From an uncultured Candidatus Saccharibacteria bacterium (lineage in GTDB: Bacteria; Patescibacteriota; Saccharimonadia; Saccharimonadales; JALRHH01), in assembly GCA_964639295.1 (NCBI GenBank), contig CAZXDT010000001.1, positions 181,068 through 245,067 on the forward strand: 64,000 nt of DNA, in the 5' to 3' direction. A program made the position numbers and the translations under genes. This document shows positions 44,732-55,173 of the stretch, piece after piece. Each line of letters opens with the position of its first letter. The stretch's first letter is position 1. The notes beneath the pieces are model-generated. The model was given only the letters and a program-made list of their open reading frames with translations. It was not told the DNA's origin and did no database searches.

Positions 44732-45076
44732 ATGAAAAAAGATTTGCATCCTACCGGCTACCGCCCCGTAGTCTTCCAGGACCTCAACACGAACGACACC
44801 TTTTTGACTCGCTCTGTTGTTGCAACCAGTGACACCATTAAGCTTGATGGTACTGAGTACCCTCTTGTAAAAGTACACATCAGCAGCGCATCTCACCCAT
44901 TCTTTACTGGACAGGAAAAGATGATCGACATTGAAGGCCGTGTTGATAAGTTCAAGGCTCGCCAAGAGGCTGCAGCTAAGCGTGCAGACGCTATGAAGAA
45001 AGCCGCAACCAAGACTCGCATTAAGTCAGATAGTGCTGACGAGACACAGAAAATCGGTACTCTTAAGAGTAAGTAA
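44732..45076 (+). CDS. rpmE: 50S ribosomal protein L31, Cys-less (type B-like) with Lys/Ala-rich C-terminal extension
   Basis: 114 aa. [10 protein letters not shown]...[24 protein letters not shown]. The CxxC positions are Ser/Ala. Confidence 0.85.
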   Translation: MKKDLHPTGYRPVVFQDLNTNDTFLTRSVVATSDTIKLDGTEYPLVKVHISSASHPFFTGQEKMIDIEGRVDKFKARQEAAAKRADAMKKAATKTRIKSDSADETQKIGTLKSK

Positions 45077-45088
45077 CTCTGTTTATCT

Positions 45089-45126
45089 AAAACCACCCGT
45101 CATATATTGATGGGTGGTTTTTGTTT
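45089..45126 (+). terminator. Intrinsic terminator after rpmE
   Basis: AAAACCACCC-13 nt loop-GGGTGGTTTTT, then GTTT. Confidence 0.7.
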
Positions 45127-45149
45127 ATACATATATACTAAGGAAGATT

Positions 45150-46205
45150 ATGGAAGCTAAAGAAACCGCGCTACGCGCTGAGTACGCCGAACTCCAAACC
45201 CGTATGCAAGATCCGGGTATCTTTAGTTCTCCCGAATATCCTAAGCTTGCCAAGCGTCAAAGTAAGCTAGAAGCCCTCATTACATTGTTCGATGAGTACC
45301 ATTCCCTCCATGATGCCAAGAAACAGGCTCAAGAACTTATTGCTAGTGGTGACACCGAAATGAGTGAACTCGCTAAAACAGAGCTTGAGGAACTAGAGCC
45401 AAAGATTACAGCAAACGAAGAACAATTATCGGAAGAACTCACACCCAAAGACCCTAATGACGAAAAAGACGTCGTCATAGAAATTCGCGCTGCAGCCGGT
45501 GGCGACGAATCAGCCATCTTTGGAGGCGAACTGTATCGCATGTACATACGATGGGCAGAGTCGCACAATTATAAGACAGAACTCATCAGCGAAAACGCCT
45601 CAGACAATGGTGGCTTTAAGGAAATCATTTTTGAAGTGCACGGAGAAGACGCTTTCCGTATGCTTAAGTTCGAGGCTGGTGTTCACCGCGTACAACGCGT
45701 GCCTGCCACAGAAAGCCAAGGCCGTATTCACACCAGTACCGTTACCGTTGCTATCATGCCTGTTGCCGAAGAAACCGATATTGAGATAAACCCTCAAGAC
45801 CTCCGTATTGATGTCTACCGTAGTGGTGGTCACGGTGGTCAGTCGGTTAACACAACTGATTCTGCAGTACGTATTACCCATATTCCATCTGGGCTTGTAG
45901 TTACTTGTCAGGACGAAAAGTCACAGATCAAGAACAAGGAAAAAGCCATGGGTGTCCTCCGTTCTCGACTCCTTGCACAAAAACTTGAATCCGAACAGCA
46001 AGTATTATCAGATGCCCGTAAAAAACTTATTGGTTCTGGTGACCGTAGTGAGAAAATCCGTACTTATAACTTCCCCCAGGACCGCATCACCGACCACCGC
46101 GTAGGTTATAGTCGCTCAAACATCCCCGCAGCCCTTGCCGGTGACATAGATGACCTCATAGAAAAACTCCAAGAATACGAACGCCAACTTATAAACGAGG
46201 AATAA
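45150..46205 (+). CDS. prfA: Peptide chain release factor 1
   Basis: Start at [12 protein letters not shown] (AAGGAAG RBS; the longer track ORF starts inside the terminator). PAT tripeptide ([13 protein letters not shown]), GGQ ([19 protein letters not shown]). Confidence 0.9.
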   Translation: MEAKETALRAEYAELQTRMQDPGIFSSPEYPKLAKRQSKLEALITLFDEYHSLHDAKKQAQELIASGDTEMSELAKTELEELEPKITANEEQLSEELTPKDPNDEKDVVIEIRAAAGGDESAIFGGELYRMYIRWAESHNYKTELISENASDNGGFKEIIFEVHGEDAFRMLKFEAGVHRVQRVPATESQGRIHTSTVTVAIMPVAEETDIEINPQDLRIDVYRSGGHGGQSVNTTDSAVRITHIPSGLVVTCQDEKSQIKNKEKAMGVLRSRLLAQKLESEQQVLSDARKKLIGSGDRSEKIRTYNFPQDRITDHRVGYSRSNIPAALAGDIDDLIEKLQEYERQLINEE

Positions 46206-46207
46206 CT

Positions 46208-46729
46208 ATGAACGTCTACATTTCTGCCCCATCTGGGGTTGGTAAGACAGCCGTAACTGAGGAATTAGCAAGGAGAGGCTATGCTGCTTGTGATACCGAT
46301 CAAGTCCCCGGCCTCACCAGAATGGAATTACGAGAAACCGGTGAACCAATAGACTGGCCGAAGGACGATATTATTGACTGGAAGAAGTATGGTTGGCATA
46401 TACAAGGTGATGTTTTAGATGACTTGCTGATCAAGAATGAAAAAGAGAACCTGTTTCTAAGCGGTTACTGTGGTAACCAACCAGACTTTTATCATAAATT
46501 TAGTAAATTAATCGTTCTAACTGTAGATTCACCTGAAGAGTACCTTCGAAGGCAGCGAACGCGCCCTTACCGCGCTAACAATGACAGCGAAGCCGCTATC
46601 CAAAAACGTCTAGGCACCTATCAAACTAGAATTAGCGAACTCATTCAGGCAGGATTTACACCTGTAGACAACTCAGGAACACCGGCACAAACTGCTGATA
46701 AAATCTTACGAATGGTCAATGAAGAATAA
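46208..46729 (+). CDS. P-loop NTPase, nucleoside/nucleotide-kinase-like, unknown specificity
   Basis: 173 aa. Walker A ISAPSGVGKTAV. Inserted between prfA and prmC and overlaps the prmC start by 11 nt. Confidence 0.5.
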   Translation: MNVYISAPSGVGKTAVTEELARRGYAACDTDQVPGLTRMELRETGEPIDWPKDDIIDWKKYGWHIQGDVLDDLLIKNEKENLFLSGYCGNQPDFYHKFSKLIVLTVDSPEEYLRRQRTRPYRANNDSEAAIQKRLGTYQTRISELIQAGFTPVDNSGTPAQTADKILRMVNEE

Positions 46730-47540
46730 ACAATGGCTGAATACTGCCACTCGGCAACTACAAGAAGCCGGGATTGAAACTGCCCGGTTGGATGCTTTGG
46801 TGCTACTTAGTGATATTACGGACAAAGAACGTACTCATTTATTGGCACATCCTGAGTTAGAGCTTAGTGATGAACAAGTACAAGAGTTACAAAAGTTGCT
46901 CGATCGCCGCGCAAAGCACGAACCGTTGGCATATATACGTGGAAAGTCAGAATTTTATGGCCGTGAATTCCTTGTAAGCGAAGGTGTTCTTGAACCCCGT
47001 CCAGAGACAGAAACTATCATAGAACTCCTTAGAAAGGAGTCTTTGGGTCAAAATTTTACTACTATTATTGATGTCGGCACAGGCAGTGGAGCGCTGGCTA
47101 TTACGGCCAAGCTGGAACTACCGAATGCACGTGTTTTAGCTGTAGATATTGACCCAAACTGTTTAAAAATAGCTGGACAAAATGCCAAGAAACACAAAGT
47201 AGACGTTGAGCTTCTGCCAGGAAATCTGCTTGAACCTATTTTTAATCAAGAGATAGGTGGCGCAATTGCCATCCTAGCAAACCTGCCATACGTACCAGAT
47301 GAATTCCCTATTAATGAGGCTGCTAAACATGAACCAAAATTAGCACTCTTTGGTGGTACTGATGGGCTAGATTTATATAAGGTGATGTTTCGTCAGCTTG
47401 AATATTACTCAGATCAACAGGTATTTGTATTCACCGAGGCTCTCCCCTCGCAACATCACCAGCTAGCGAGTATCGCTCGTGCTCAAAACTACACTCAAAT
47501 TGCCAAAGAGGATTTTATCCAAGTTTTTACCAACAAATAG
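46719..47540 (+). CDS. prmC: Release factor glutamine N5-methyltransferase PrmC/HemK
   Basis: 273 aa. EPLAYIRGKSEFYGREF, IDVGTGSGALAI. NLPY stands in place of NPPY. Confidence 0.85.
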   Translation: MKNKQWLNTATRQLQEAGIETARLDALVLLSDITDKERTHLLAHPELELSDEQVQELQKLLDRRAKHEPLAYIRGKSEFYGREFLVSEGVLEPRPETETIIELLRKESLGQNFTTIIDVGTGSGALAITAKLELPNARVLAVDIDPNCLKIAGQNAKKHKVDVELLPGNLLEPIFNQEIGGAIAILANLPYVPDEFPINEAAKHEPKLALFGGTDGLDLYKVMFRQLEYYSDQQVFVFTEALPSQHHQLASIARAQNYTQIAKEDFIQVFTNK

Positions 47541-47543
47541 GGC

Positions 47544-48707
47544 TTATTGTTTGAAAGCTTCTAGCTTAACAGTCATGGTCTGCTCTTTGCCGTCACGTAT
47601 AATAGTCAACTTCACGTCTTCGCCAACTGTTTTGCGGCTAATTAGCGCAACAAGGCTGTTCTTCTCATCTATCGTCGTACCATCTACCTTGGTAATTACA
47701 TCTTTTTCCTTGAGGCCCGCTTTTGCAGCTGGGCTATCGGTCATTATGGATGGTTGCCCTGACTGACTCGGTGCAATATATGCACCACGCTTAACATTCA
47801 GGTTGAATTGATAGGCGTAATCGTCAGTTAGTGTCACGTACCTAATGCCTAGGTAAGGCCGTTCAAGCTTACCAGAGTTCAATACGCTCTTTATAAGACC
47901 CTGCACATCGTTAAGTGGTATTGAGAATCCTATGTTCTGGGCACAAGAACCGGCAACAGCGGTGTTAATACCAATAACTTCCCCACTAATGTTCACGAGT
48001 GGACCACCAGAGTTACCGGGATTAATAGCCGCGTCTGTCTGGAACAAATTCTGTAGCGACTCGCTATCAGCACCAGATTCATCACCAGCTTCAACGCTTC
48101 GACCGAAACCAGAAATAATGCCTGAAGTTACACTATTCTGGAACTGCCCTAGAGCATTACCAATTGCAACAACCTTATCACCTACTTGTACCTTGCTAGA
48201 GTCACCAAGCTTAGCCGGAGTCAGCATTTTACCCTTAGCATCTTTTACTTTAAGAAATGCAACGTCAAGCGTATCTCCATCTGAAGTACGACCAACAACG
48301 TCAACATCACTTAATTTAGTACCGTCAGATAACGTTACCGCAACTTTACTAGCGCCGCTTGGGATTACGTGGCGATTCGTGACAATATAGCCGTCTTTAC
48401 TGATAATAATACCCGTTCCTGCACTCTGTTGGTCAACAGAACGTGCACGGCCAAAGAAATCAAGTTGCTGGCTCTGACTGGTAACATCGATAGACACTAC
48501 ACTTGGGCCAACCGTTTTAGCAATATCGCTAATCAACTGGCTTTCGTTCAATACAACCCTTTGATCGGCTTTTGAAATTGTACCTGTTTGATCCACGTTG
48601 TTACGTGAACCTGCCCAGCCCCCGAGATATCCCAGTGATAAGCTCGCCATTAATAAAAAAGCTACTCCGAGGTGTTTTGTACGATCACCAAAAGAGATTT
48701 TTCTCAT
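47544..48707 (-). CDS. HtrA/DegP-family serine protease with one PDZ domain
   Basis: 387 aa. TNRHVI, DVAFLKV, GNSGGPLVN, PDZ (SPAAKAGLKEKDVI). N-terminal TM anchor. Confidence 0.85.
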   Translation of the reverse strand: MRKISFGDRTKHLGVAFLLMASLSLGYLGGWAGSRNNVDQTGTISKADQRVVLNESQLISDIAKTVGPSVVSIDVTSQSQQLDFFGRARSVDQQSAGTGIIISKDGYIVTNRHVIPSGASKVAVTLSDGTKLSDVDVVGRTSDGDTLDVAFLKVKDAKGKMLTPAKLGDSSKVQVGDKVVAIGNALGQFQNSVTSGIISGFGRSVEAGDESGADSESLQNLFQTDAAINPGNSGGPLVNISGEVIGINTAVAGSCAQNIGFSIPLNDVQGLIKSVLNSGKLERPYLGIRYVTLTDDYAYQFNLNVKRGAYIAPSQSGQPSIMTDSPAAKAGLKEKDVITKVDGTTIDEKNSLVALISRKTVGEDVKLTIIRDGKEQTMTVKLEAFKQ

Positions 48708-48779
48708 GCCTGTAGTAACCCTCTCCCATTATTTGCCATAGTTTCCCTCACCCACCTGAAATTAACCTTAAGCCTACGA

Positions 48780-49544
48780 TTAAACTGTTTTGTCACCCCA
48801 GTCAGAGAAGACCAAGACAACCAACACGATCGCAAACATGATAAATATAAACTGACGCTTGAGCAACGGCGACAACCGGTCAGACTCCTGTAGATAGAAC
48901 ATGCCTGCTAAGCCAAATCCAATAACAGTCAGTAGCAAAGCTGGCTGCGGAATAACATCATAGAATAGGAGCCAATGACTTAAGACCCATGTTAATGCCG
49001 CACAGAAGTAGCCCCATGCATGTGCATATAACGGTGTGTATTGATCCTCAAAGTTCGTAAAGAAGTGTCGTGCTGATAGGTATGTAATAATCCAAGTAGC
49101 CAGAACGATACCAAGCGCGGGCGCTTGGACCCAGGCAATATAGAGTGCCACTAGACCTACTGCCTGTCCGATCATCGCCTGTAACGACACCATAAAAATA
49201 CTTGAGCCAGGCTTAATAAATACTAGCCACATACCGTATAACGCCGCCCAAAGCAGTTGTACAGTAGCACTACTGCTATGATCCATAAAGACAACAATTG
49301 ATAGACCAACGATGATATCCACAGCATTTGCCGAGATATTTGCCATCCAGTAACGAGGACGGACAACAAACATACGCCATTTACTGAGGAGGATGAGCAG
49401 TATTGCAACCTGGACAAAGCTTGTACGTACGAGTACGAATATAATCGCCGGTAAAAAGCTGGTTAGACCGATATGGAAATAATGAGAGAAGCCCTGTGCA
49501 GGCTTCAATTTGGTGGCTAAGTGACCTTTAGTTAACGCTGTCAT
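48780..49544 (-). CDS. Polytopic membrane protein of unknown function
   Basis: 254 aa, about 8 hydrophobic segments. The start overlaps the LCP gene stop by 17 nt, suggesting co-transcription. Confidence 0.5.
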   Translation of the reverse strand: MTALTKGHLATKLKPAQGFSHYFHIGLTSFLPAIIFVLVRTSFVQVAILLILLSKWRMFVVRPRYWMANISANAVDIIVGLSIVVFMDHSSSATVQLLWAALYGMWLVFIKPGSSIFMVSLQAMIGQAVGLVALYIAWVQAPALGIVLATWIITYLSARHFFTNFEDQYTPLYAHAWGYFCAALTWVLSHWLLFYDVIPQPALLLTVIGFGLAGMFYLQESDRLSPLLKRQFIFIMFAIVLVVLVFSDWGDKTV

Positions 49545-51162
49545 TTTGTCCTATGATTATAACAAATTCAGCGCCGTTAGGTTTGATGTTTACATCCGGC
49601 AAAACAGTAACGGCCGTGGTCTTAAGACGTTGTTCAAGATAGTGCTGAGTATATTTCTTTTTGCCGCCAGTCAGATCAACGAGGATTGTCTTTGCGTAAT
49701 TTTTAGTTGGAGCGTTATCAACAACTGTAATGTTGTAGCCAAACGATTTGAGTTCATTTGCGCGCTTAGCCGCGAGTCCAACAGTCGTAGAACCATTAAA
49801 TACGGCGATGTTTGCATTCTCATTCTTGAGGTAACCATCTTTAAGGGTGTTGCGGATGAAACTTTGTATAGCGCTATAATCTGTTGGGCCAGCCTTTGGT
49901 TGCTGCACGGAGTTGCCGTTCACAAATCCACCACCAATGAGCACATTTGGAGGTGTGACAAGATCGATTGACCCGATCTTGCTTGAATCAATACTCTTTA
50001 CGATGTCGTACACACGTAACACTTCTCCAGTAGAGAGGTTTGAGCTGACATGACTGCCAAAATCATTAACCAGCTGGTTAATCTTAACTGGGTTACCGTA
50101 GGTACCGGCACTGGTTATCTTGTCCTTCAGCGCAACCAGCATCAAACGCTGACGCTCACTTCTGTCAAAGTCGCCGCGCGCACTCGTATGCCTAGAGCGT
50201 GCAAAACCAAGTGCCCGAGCCCCGTTAAAATGCTGCATGCCGGCTTTAACATCAAGGATATTACCCCGGCCGAATACCTCGTACACAGCAAGTTCACTTG
50301 GAACATTTATATCGACGCCACCGACGATGTTAACTGCTTTCTCAAAGGCAGTAAAGTCAACCATGACATAGTAATGTATCGGGATACCGGTGATTTCTTC
50401 TATTTTTGTCTCGATTGCAGCTTCACCGGCTGCTTCTGCGCGCTGGTTAATATCAGAAGTCCTTTTGCCTGCTAAGACCTTAGACTTTGCCTGGCTGTAT
50501 ACGGAGTTAATCTTGTAGTTATCTGTAGTTGATACGTAAAAGTCACGGGGAACACTCAGCAGTGACATTTCTTTCTGAATTGGATCAATACTAGCGATTA
50601 CGAGGGTGTCTGTTAAGTCCGCACCCTCATGACCCGCACCACCCTTACCAAGTAAAAGAACATTTACGCGTCCGTCACCCTCACCCTTCAGTTTCGCTGG
50701 ATCAACATTAGCGTTAAGAGACGGCGCATTGCCACCGCCACCGAATATCTTGCGTGCTTTAAGATAACCGTTTCCAAAGATATAGCCACCGCCAATTAAG
50801 CCAATAAGAAAGAGCATGAGGAAACCGCGGAGAATGAGTTTCTTTTTACTACGTTTCTTGCGCTTATCGACAGGTGATTCTGGGAGATCTAACTTAATCC
50901 TGCCGTCAGCAGCTCGATGAGGGTTACGTAATACAGTAGGCGCTACTGGCGCAGCCGATACCCCTGTACGAATTGCCGTCTGAGCATTCGGCTTGAAGCC
51001 ATCCGTGCCCCTAAAACCATCAAGCCTACCGGATGTATTAGCACGACCAGCTAGCGGATCACGGCGCGGCTGACGACTTCTACTGTCGCCAGACGAAACA
51101 AACCCGTCTACTGCGCCCCTTGTCGTTTTGTGAGGCGCTTTATATTTACGAAAATTATCCAT
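49528..51162 (-). CDS. LytR-CpsA-Psr (LCP) family cell-wall glycopolymer transferase with LytR_C domain
   Basis: 544 aa. TM anchor, NVLLLGKGG...DTLVIASIDP...LLSVPRD, and a C-terminal LytR_C-like region. Confidence 0.85.
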   Translation of the reverse strand: MDNFRKYKAPHKTTRGAVDGFVSSGDSRSRQPRRDPLAGRANTSGRLDGFRGTDGFKPNAQTAIRTGVSAAPVAPTVLRNPHRAADGRIKLDLPESPVDKRKKRSKKKLILRGFLMLFLIGLIGGGYIFGNGYLKARKIFGGGGNAPSLNANVDPAKLKGEGDGRVNVLLLGKGGAGHEGADLTDTLVIASIDPIQKEMSLLSVPRDFYVSTTDNYKINSVYSQAKSKVLAGKRTSDINQRAEAAGEAAIETKIEEITGIPIHYYVMVDFTAFEKAVNIVGGVDINVPSELAVYEVFGRGNILDVKAGMQHFNGARALGFARSRHTSARGDFDRSERQRLMLVALKDKITSAGTYGNPVKINQLVNDFGSHVSSNLSTGEVLRVYDIVKSIDSSKIGSIDLVTPPNVLIGGGFVNGNSVQQPKAGPTDYSAIQSFIRNTLKDGYLKNENANIAVFNGSTTVGLAAKRANELKSFGYNITVVDNAPTKNYAKTILVDLTGGKKKYTQHYLEQRLKTTAVTVLPDVNIKPNGAEFVIIIGQNDSVN

Positions 51163-51301
51163 ATATTACCCATAGAGTATATCCTTTTAGGGTGGCCAAA
51201 GTAAACCCACTAGCACACGTTAATTCATACAAGGCTACTCGTGTAGTTCGTGTATAATCAGGTACAGAATTTGGGATGAATGTAACGAGTAAAAAACCAC
51301 G

Positions 51302-52738
51302 ATGGGGAGCATGACAAAAAGCCTGAAGCGATTCTTAAATCCCTACGATACTCCTATGACTTTTTTTGAAAGAGTGTGGTTGCTTGCGCCTATCGCGATA
51401 TGGTTTAGCTACTACCCACTTATTAGACTTGGCAGTAATGCATCTACGTACTTCGAGGTCTCCGTTACATCCATATATATAGCAGTCCTATCTATCGCAG
51501 GACTCCCGATACTATGGCGACACCGCAAACACTTGCTGAAAAGTAAAGGTATCTTGCCTATCACAATCTTTGTTATGTTGTGTGGTATCAGTCTCTTATG
51601 GACAGCAGACCTTACAAGGGGCATTCTAACCTTCGGGGTAATCTGTGCTTTATATACCATACTGATCACAAGCATCTGCCTAGCACGCCAGATGAAGAAA
51701 CTTGCACCTGCGATTGTTAAAATGCTAGTCATTTGGACAGTAATCATGAGTGCTCTGTCGCTTATACAGATCATTGCAAGTATCTGGGTTGATCGTTCAA
51801 CGGTTCTACTCTGTGCTGGGTGTGATCCACAACAATTTGGGTTTGCCCGTCCAAATGTATTTACTATTGAGCCTCAATTTTTTGGGAACATGCTTCTCGC
51901 TCCGGCTCTTATCCTATCCCACATACTTATGAGTAAAAGACGTAATGTATACTCCGTACTGGGCTACTTTATCACCGTGACCACCCTATTCCTGACGCTT
52001 AGCCGGGGAGCAATTTTCGCCTTTGGTGTTGGCCTGCTTGTACTTGCGCTAGTTGAGATTAGACAGTTCAGGAATTTTACAGTGCCGGCGGTCGTACTGC
52101 TCGCAAGTTTTGTGGCTTGTTTACTAATTCAAGGTTCAGCAGCGGCAATGAACCCAAAACTTGATACATCATTCATGCAAGCAATTCGTACCAGCGTCAA
52201 TCAACTATCACTCGGTGTGATAGATTTACCAAACAAAACAGAAGAAGTTACTAAACCTGTCACAAATACTATACCTCAAGCAACTACAGAGGTGCCTAAG
52301 GCAGAAGTAACCCCGGCTTTTGATGGCTACGTAGCACAATCAACAAATGTACGACTGAAACTATCTTCCTTCGCGTTGAAGTCATGGCACGATAGTATAC
52401 CGCGAGCACTCTTTGGTGTTGGGCTCGGTGGATCAGGCGTCGTCTTAAGTAATGAGTTCCCTAACGACATTAATAAACGTGAGATTGTTCAGAACGAATT
52501 CGTCGAAGTCTTACTTGAAAATGGCCTGATAGGGATTATTGCTTTTACAAGTGTTATCGCGTTGCTATTCTATCATTTACGTCGTGAAAAGTGGCTCTGG
52601 GCAATCATCGTAGCTTTCCTTGCGCAGTGGAATTTCTTTAGTGGATACCCTAATGCAATACATATTTATTTAACTCTTATACTGCTGGCAGTCTTATATA
52701 CAAACCGCCAAAATAAAGCAGTAAATCGACGGATTTAA
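51302..52738 (+). CDS. O-antigen ligase-like (Wzy_C) polytopic membrane protein
   Basis: 478 aa, more than 10 TM segments. LFLTLSRGAIFAFGVGLLVL loop signature. Confidence 0.65.
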   Translation: MGSMTKSLKRFLNPYDTPMTFFERVWLLAPIAIWFSYYPLIRLGSNASTYFEVSVTSIYIAVLSIAGLPILWRHRKHLLKSKGILPITIFVMLCGISLLWTADLTRGILTFGVICALYTILITSICLARQMKKLAPAIVKMLVIWTVIMSALSLIQIIASIWVDRSTVLLCAGCDPQQFGFARPNVFTIEPQFFGNMLLAPALILSHILMSKRRNVYSVLGYFITVTTLFLTLSRGAIFAFGVGLLVLALVEIRQFRNFTVPAVVLLASFVACLLIQGSAAAMNPKLDTSFMQAIRTSVNQLSLGVIDLPNKTEEVTKPVTNTIPQATTEVPKAEVTPAFDGYVAQSTNVRLKLSSFALKSWHDSIPRALFGVGLGGSGVVLSNEFPNDINKREIVQNEFVEVLLENGLIGIIAFTSVIALLFYHLRREKWLWAIIVAFLAQWNFFSGYPNAIHIYLTLILLAVLYTNRQNKAVNRRI

Positions 52739-52776
52739 TGAAGTTTTGCGCAAAATAAGCTATAGTTGACGGGTAA

Positions 52777-53478
52777 ATGCAACAAGAACCAACACCACCA
52801 GTACAACCATTGATTCAGCCCGCTGTGACACCACCAACACCTGTACCTGAGTACATAGGGATAACTCCGGAGCTACCTGAAGAACAGCCCGAACCACCCA
52901 AGAGAGAAGGCCTCGGCACTATTCTTTCTACGATTGGTATCTTGATTGCAGCACCTATCGTCGCATTACTACTCACGGCTTTTGTTTTCCAGTCTTACGA
53001 AGTTGATGGCCCAAGTATGGAAACCACGCTCGAAAACCACGACAGACTCCTTGTTCTCAAGCTCCCCCGTACTATTGCTAAAATCATGCACAATGACTAC
53101 ATCCCTCACCGTGGAGATATCATTATCTTCAGCACCACTGCCGTACAAGAAGGTGGTGATGGTGGTGCAAAACAACTTATTAAGCGAGTTATGGCACTGC
53201 CCGGTGAGCGTGTCGTTGTGAAAGACGGCGTCCTAACGGTCTATAACAAAGAACATCCCAATGGCTTTATGCCCGATAAAGAGAGCGCATACGGAAGTGT
53301 TATTACAACCACCACTGGCGAAGTCGACCTAACCGTTGGCAAGGGTGAAGTGTTTGTTTGTGGTGATAATCGTACTAATTCTCTTGATTCACGTATTATT
53401 GGCACCGTGCCTGCAAAAGATATTGTCGGAAAACTCGTCTTCCGTATATACCCACTACACGACGCCCAAGTATTCTAG
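52777..53478 (+). CDS. lepB: Signal peptidase I
   Basis: 233 aa. VDGPSMETTL (Ser), KRVMALPGERV (Lys), GDNRTNSLDSR. Confidence 0.9.
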   Translation: MQQEPTPPVQPLIQPAVTPPTPVPEYIGITPELPEEQPEPPKREGLGTILSTIGILIAAPIVALLLTAFVFQSYEVDGPSMETTLENHDRLLVLKLPRTIAKIMHNDYIPHRGDIIIFSTTAVQEGGDGGAKQLIKRVMALPGERVVVKDGVLTVYNKEHPNGFMPDKESAYGSVITTTTGEVDLTVGKGEVFVCGDNRTNSLDSRIIGTVPAKDIVGKLVFRIYPLHDAQVF

Positions 53479-54332
53479 ATTTTTTCGAGGAGTTCGAGGA
53501 GTTTCTTCAGATCTTCATCGGTTTTAAAGTGTAATTCCAGACGGCCACCCTTGGCTGTTCGACGTAAACTGACAGGAGTGTGGAGCTTTTTGCTGAGGCG
53601 TTTGGTGTCAGCTGTCTCAGTCGCCATTCGTTCTTTAACTGATTCATCTTTAGCAATTCCCTGTTTGTGGGTCGTCACATATTGCTCTGCCTGACGGACA
53701 GACCAAGTATTTTTAATGATTAATTCTAGAAGTTCTTCTTGTAAAGCGGGCTCATTCTTAAGTGCTAGGATCGCGCGTGCATGACCTTCACTAATTTTGC
53801 CAGTAGATAGTGCAGCACGGGCAGCTTCAGGAAGTTGAAGTAATCTAACTAAGTTACTGACCGTTGTTTCTGCTTTGGCTAAGCGGTGCGCTATTTGTTT
53901 ATATGTTAGGTTGAACTGCTGATGTAAGCGCTCGATAGAGATTGCTTGTTCAAGTGGTGACAGGTCGACACGTTGTACGTTTTCGATAAGTGCAATTTCG
54001 AGCTCTTCCAGTTCCTGTGGTTCGCGTATGATTGCTGGAATTTCTGTTAGCCCAGCGATCTTAGCTGCGCGCCAACGACGCTCACCAGCAATGATACGAT
54101 AACTGCCGTCTGGACGCGGTGACACAATCAATGGCTGTAGTACGCCGTACTGTTTTAGTGACGATGCTAGCTCGTTTAATGCCTGTTGGTCAAAGTACCT
54201 TCTGGGTTGATCTGCATTGGGCTGAATGCGCTCAATGAACAATTTTTGTATTCGATCTCTACTGTCAATTAACAGAGATGGATCGAAATCTGTAGGTATT
54301 AATGCGTCGAATCCTTTACCAAGTCCTGCCAT
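53475..54332 (-). CDS. parB: Chromosome partitioning protein ParB
   Basis: 285 aa. QPLIVSPRPDGSYRIIAGERRWRAAKIAG and an HTH region. Confidence 0.9.
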   Translation of the reverse strand: MAGLGKGFDALIPTDFDPSLLIDSRDRIQKLFIERIQPNADQPRRYFDQQALNELASSLKQYGVLQPLIVSPRPDGSYRIIAGERRWRAAKIAGLTEIPAIIREPQELEELEIALIENVQRVDLSPLEQAISIERLHQQFNLTYKQIAHRLAKAETTVSNLVRLLQLPEAARAALSTGKISEGHARAILALKNEPALQEELLELIIKNTWSVRQAEQYVTTHKQGIAKDESVKERMATETADTKRLSKKLHTPVSLRRTAKGGRLELHFKTDEDLKKLLELLEKI

Positions 54333-55090
54333 TATGAAATCCTCTTCAATATCTCTTTACTAAGTGCTTTATATGCTCGTGCGCCCTTGGACCATTTGTC
54401 ATGATCAGCAATTGGCTTACCATGACTTGGAGCTTCTGCTAGACGCACATTTCGTGGAATAATCGTCTTCATTACCTTCTCACCAAAGTGCTTATTTAGT
54501 TCTTGGTAGACTTGGTCAGACAGACTCGTGCGTCCATCATACATAGTCACTACCACACCTAGTAGATCAAGCTGCGGATTAAGCCCCGCCCTAACTCTCT
54601 GAACCACTGTCAGTAATTGACTCAAGCCTTCTAGTGCATAGTATTCAGCCTGGACTGGGATGAGTAGGTGCTGTGCGGCAGTTAACGCATTCACTGTCAG
54701 TAGGCCAAGTGATGGTGGACAATCAATGATAATAACGTCATAAGACAACTGAGCCAAGATATCCCTAAGGATTTGCTCACGTTGCAACTCACCAACTAAC
54801 TCCATCTCAGCTGCTGCGAGCCCTGGGTTTGCAGGTAGTACAAACAAACCGTCTACGCTGGTTTCTTTAATAGCATGTTCGACGCTAGATCGCTTGAACA
54901 TAACATCGTAGATCGTGGCATCAAGAGTAGCTTTATCTATCCCTAGACCACTTGTAGCATTCCCCTGGGGGTCAAAGTCGACTATAAGTACGGTTTTACC
55001 TTCTTTAGCCAGATATGCGCCCAAGTTAATAGCCGTCGTTGTTTTCCCGACGCCACCCTTCTGATTCAATACTGCAATCGTTGAACGCAT
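54332..55090 (-). CDS. parA: Chromosome partitioning ATPase ParA/Soj
   Basis: 252 aa. Deviant Walker A NQKGGVGKTTTAINL. TAATG overlap with parB. Confidence 0.9.
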   Translation of the reverse strand: MRSTIAVLNQKGGVGKTTTAINLGAYLAKEGKTVLIVDFDPQGNATSGLGIDKATLDATIYDVMFKRSSVEHAIKETSVDGLFVLPANPGLAAAEMELVGELQREQILRDILAQLSYDVIIIDCPPSLGLLTVNALTAAQHLLIPVQAEYYALEGLSQLLTVVQRVRAGLNPQLDLLGVVVTMYDGRTSLSDQVYQELNKHFGEKVMKTIIPRNVRLAEAPSHGKPIADHDKWSKGARAYKALSKEILKRIS

Positions 55091-55173
55091 ATTTGTGTTG
55101 CTACCCCTATATACATAAGCGTATCATACTTTTCACGACTTTTCACACCCATAGTTTACACCGGTGGGATAAA

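Noticed and set aside
55129-55149. Direct repeat ACTTTTCAC x2 upstream of parA, considered as DnaA boxes or parS half-sites marking the origin.
   Set aside because: It does not match TTATCCACA or the parS consensus. No cluster of DnaA boxes or AT-rich unwinding element was seen, so no oriC call is justified.
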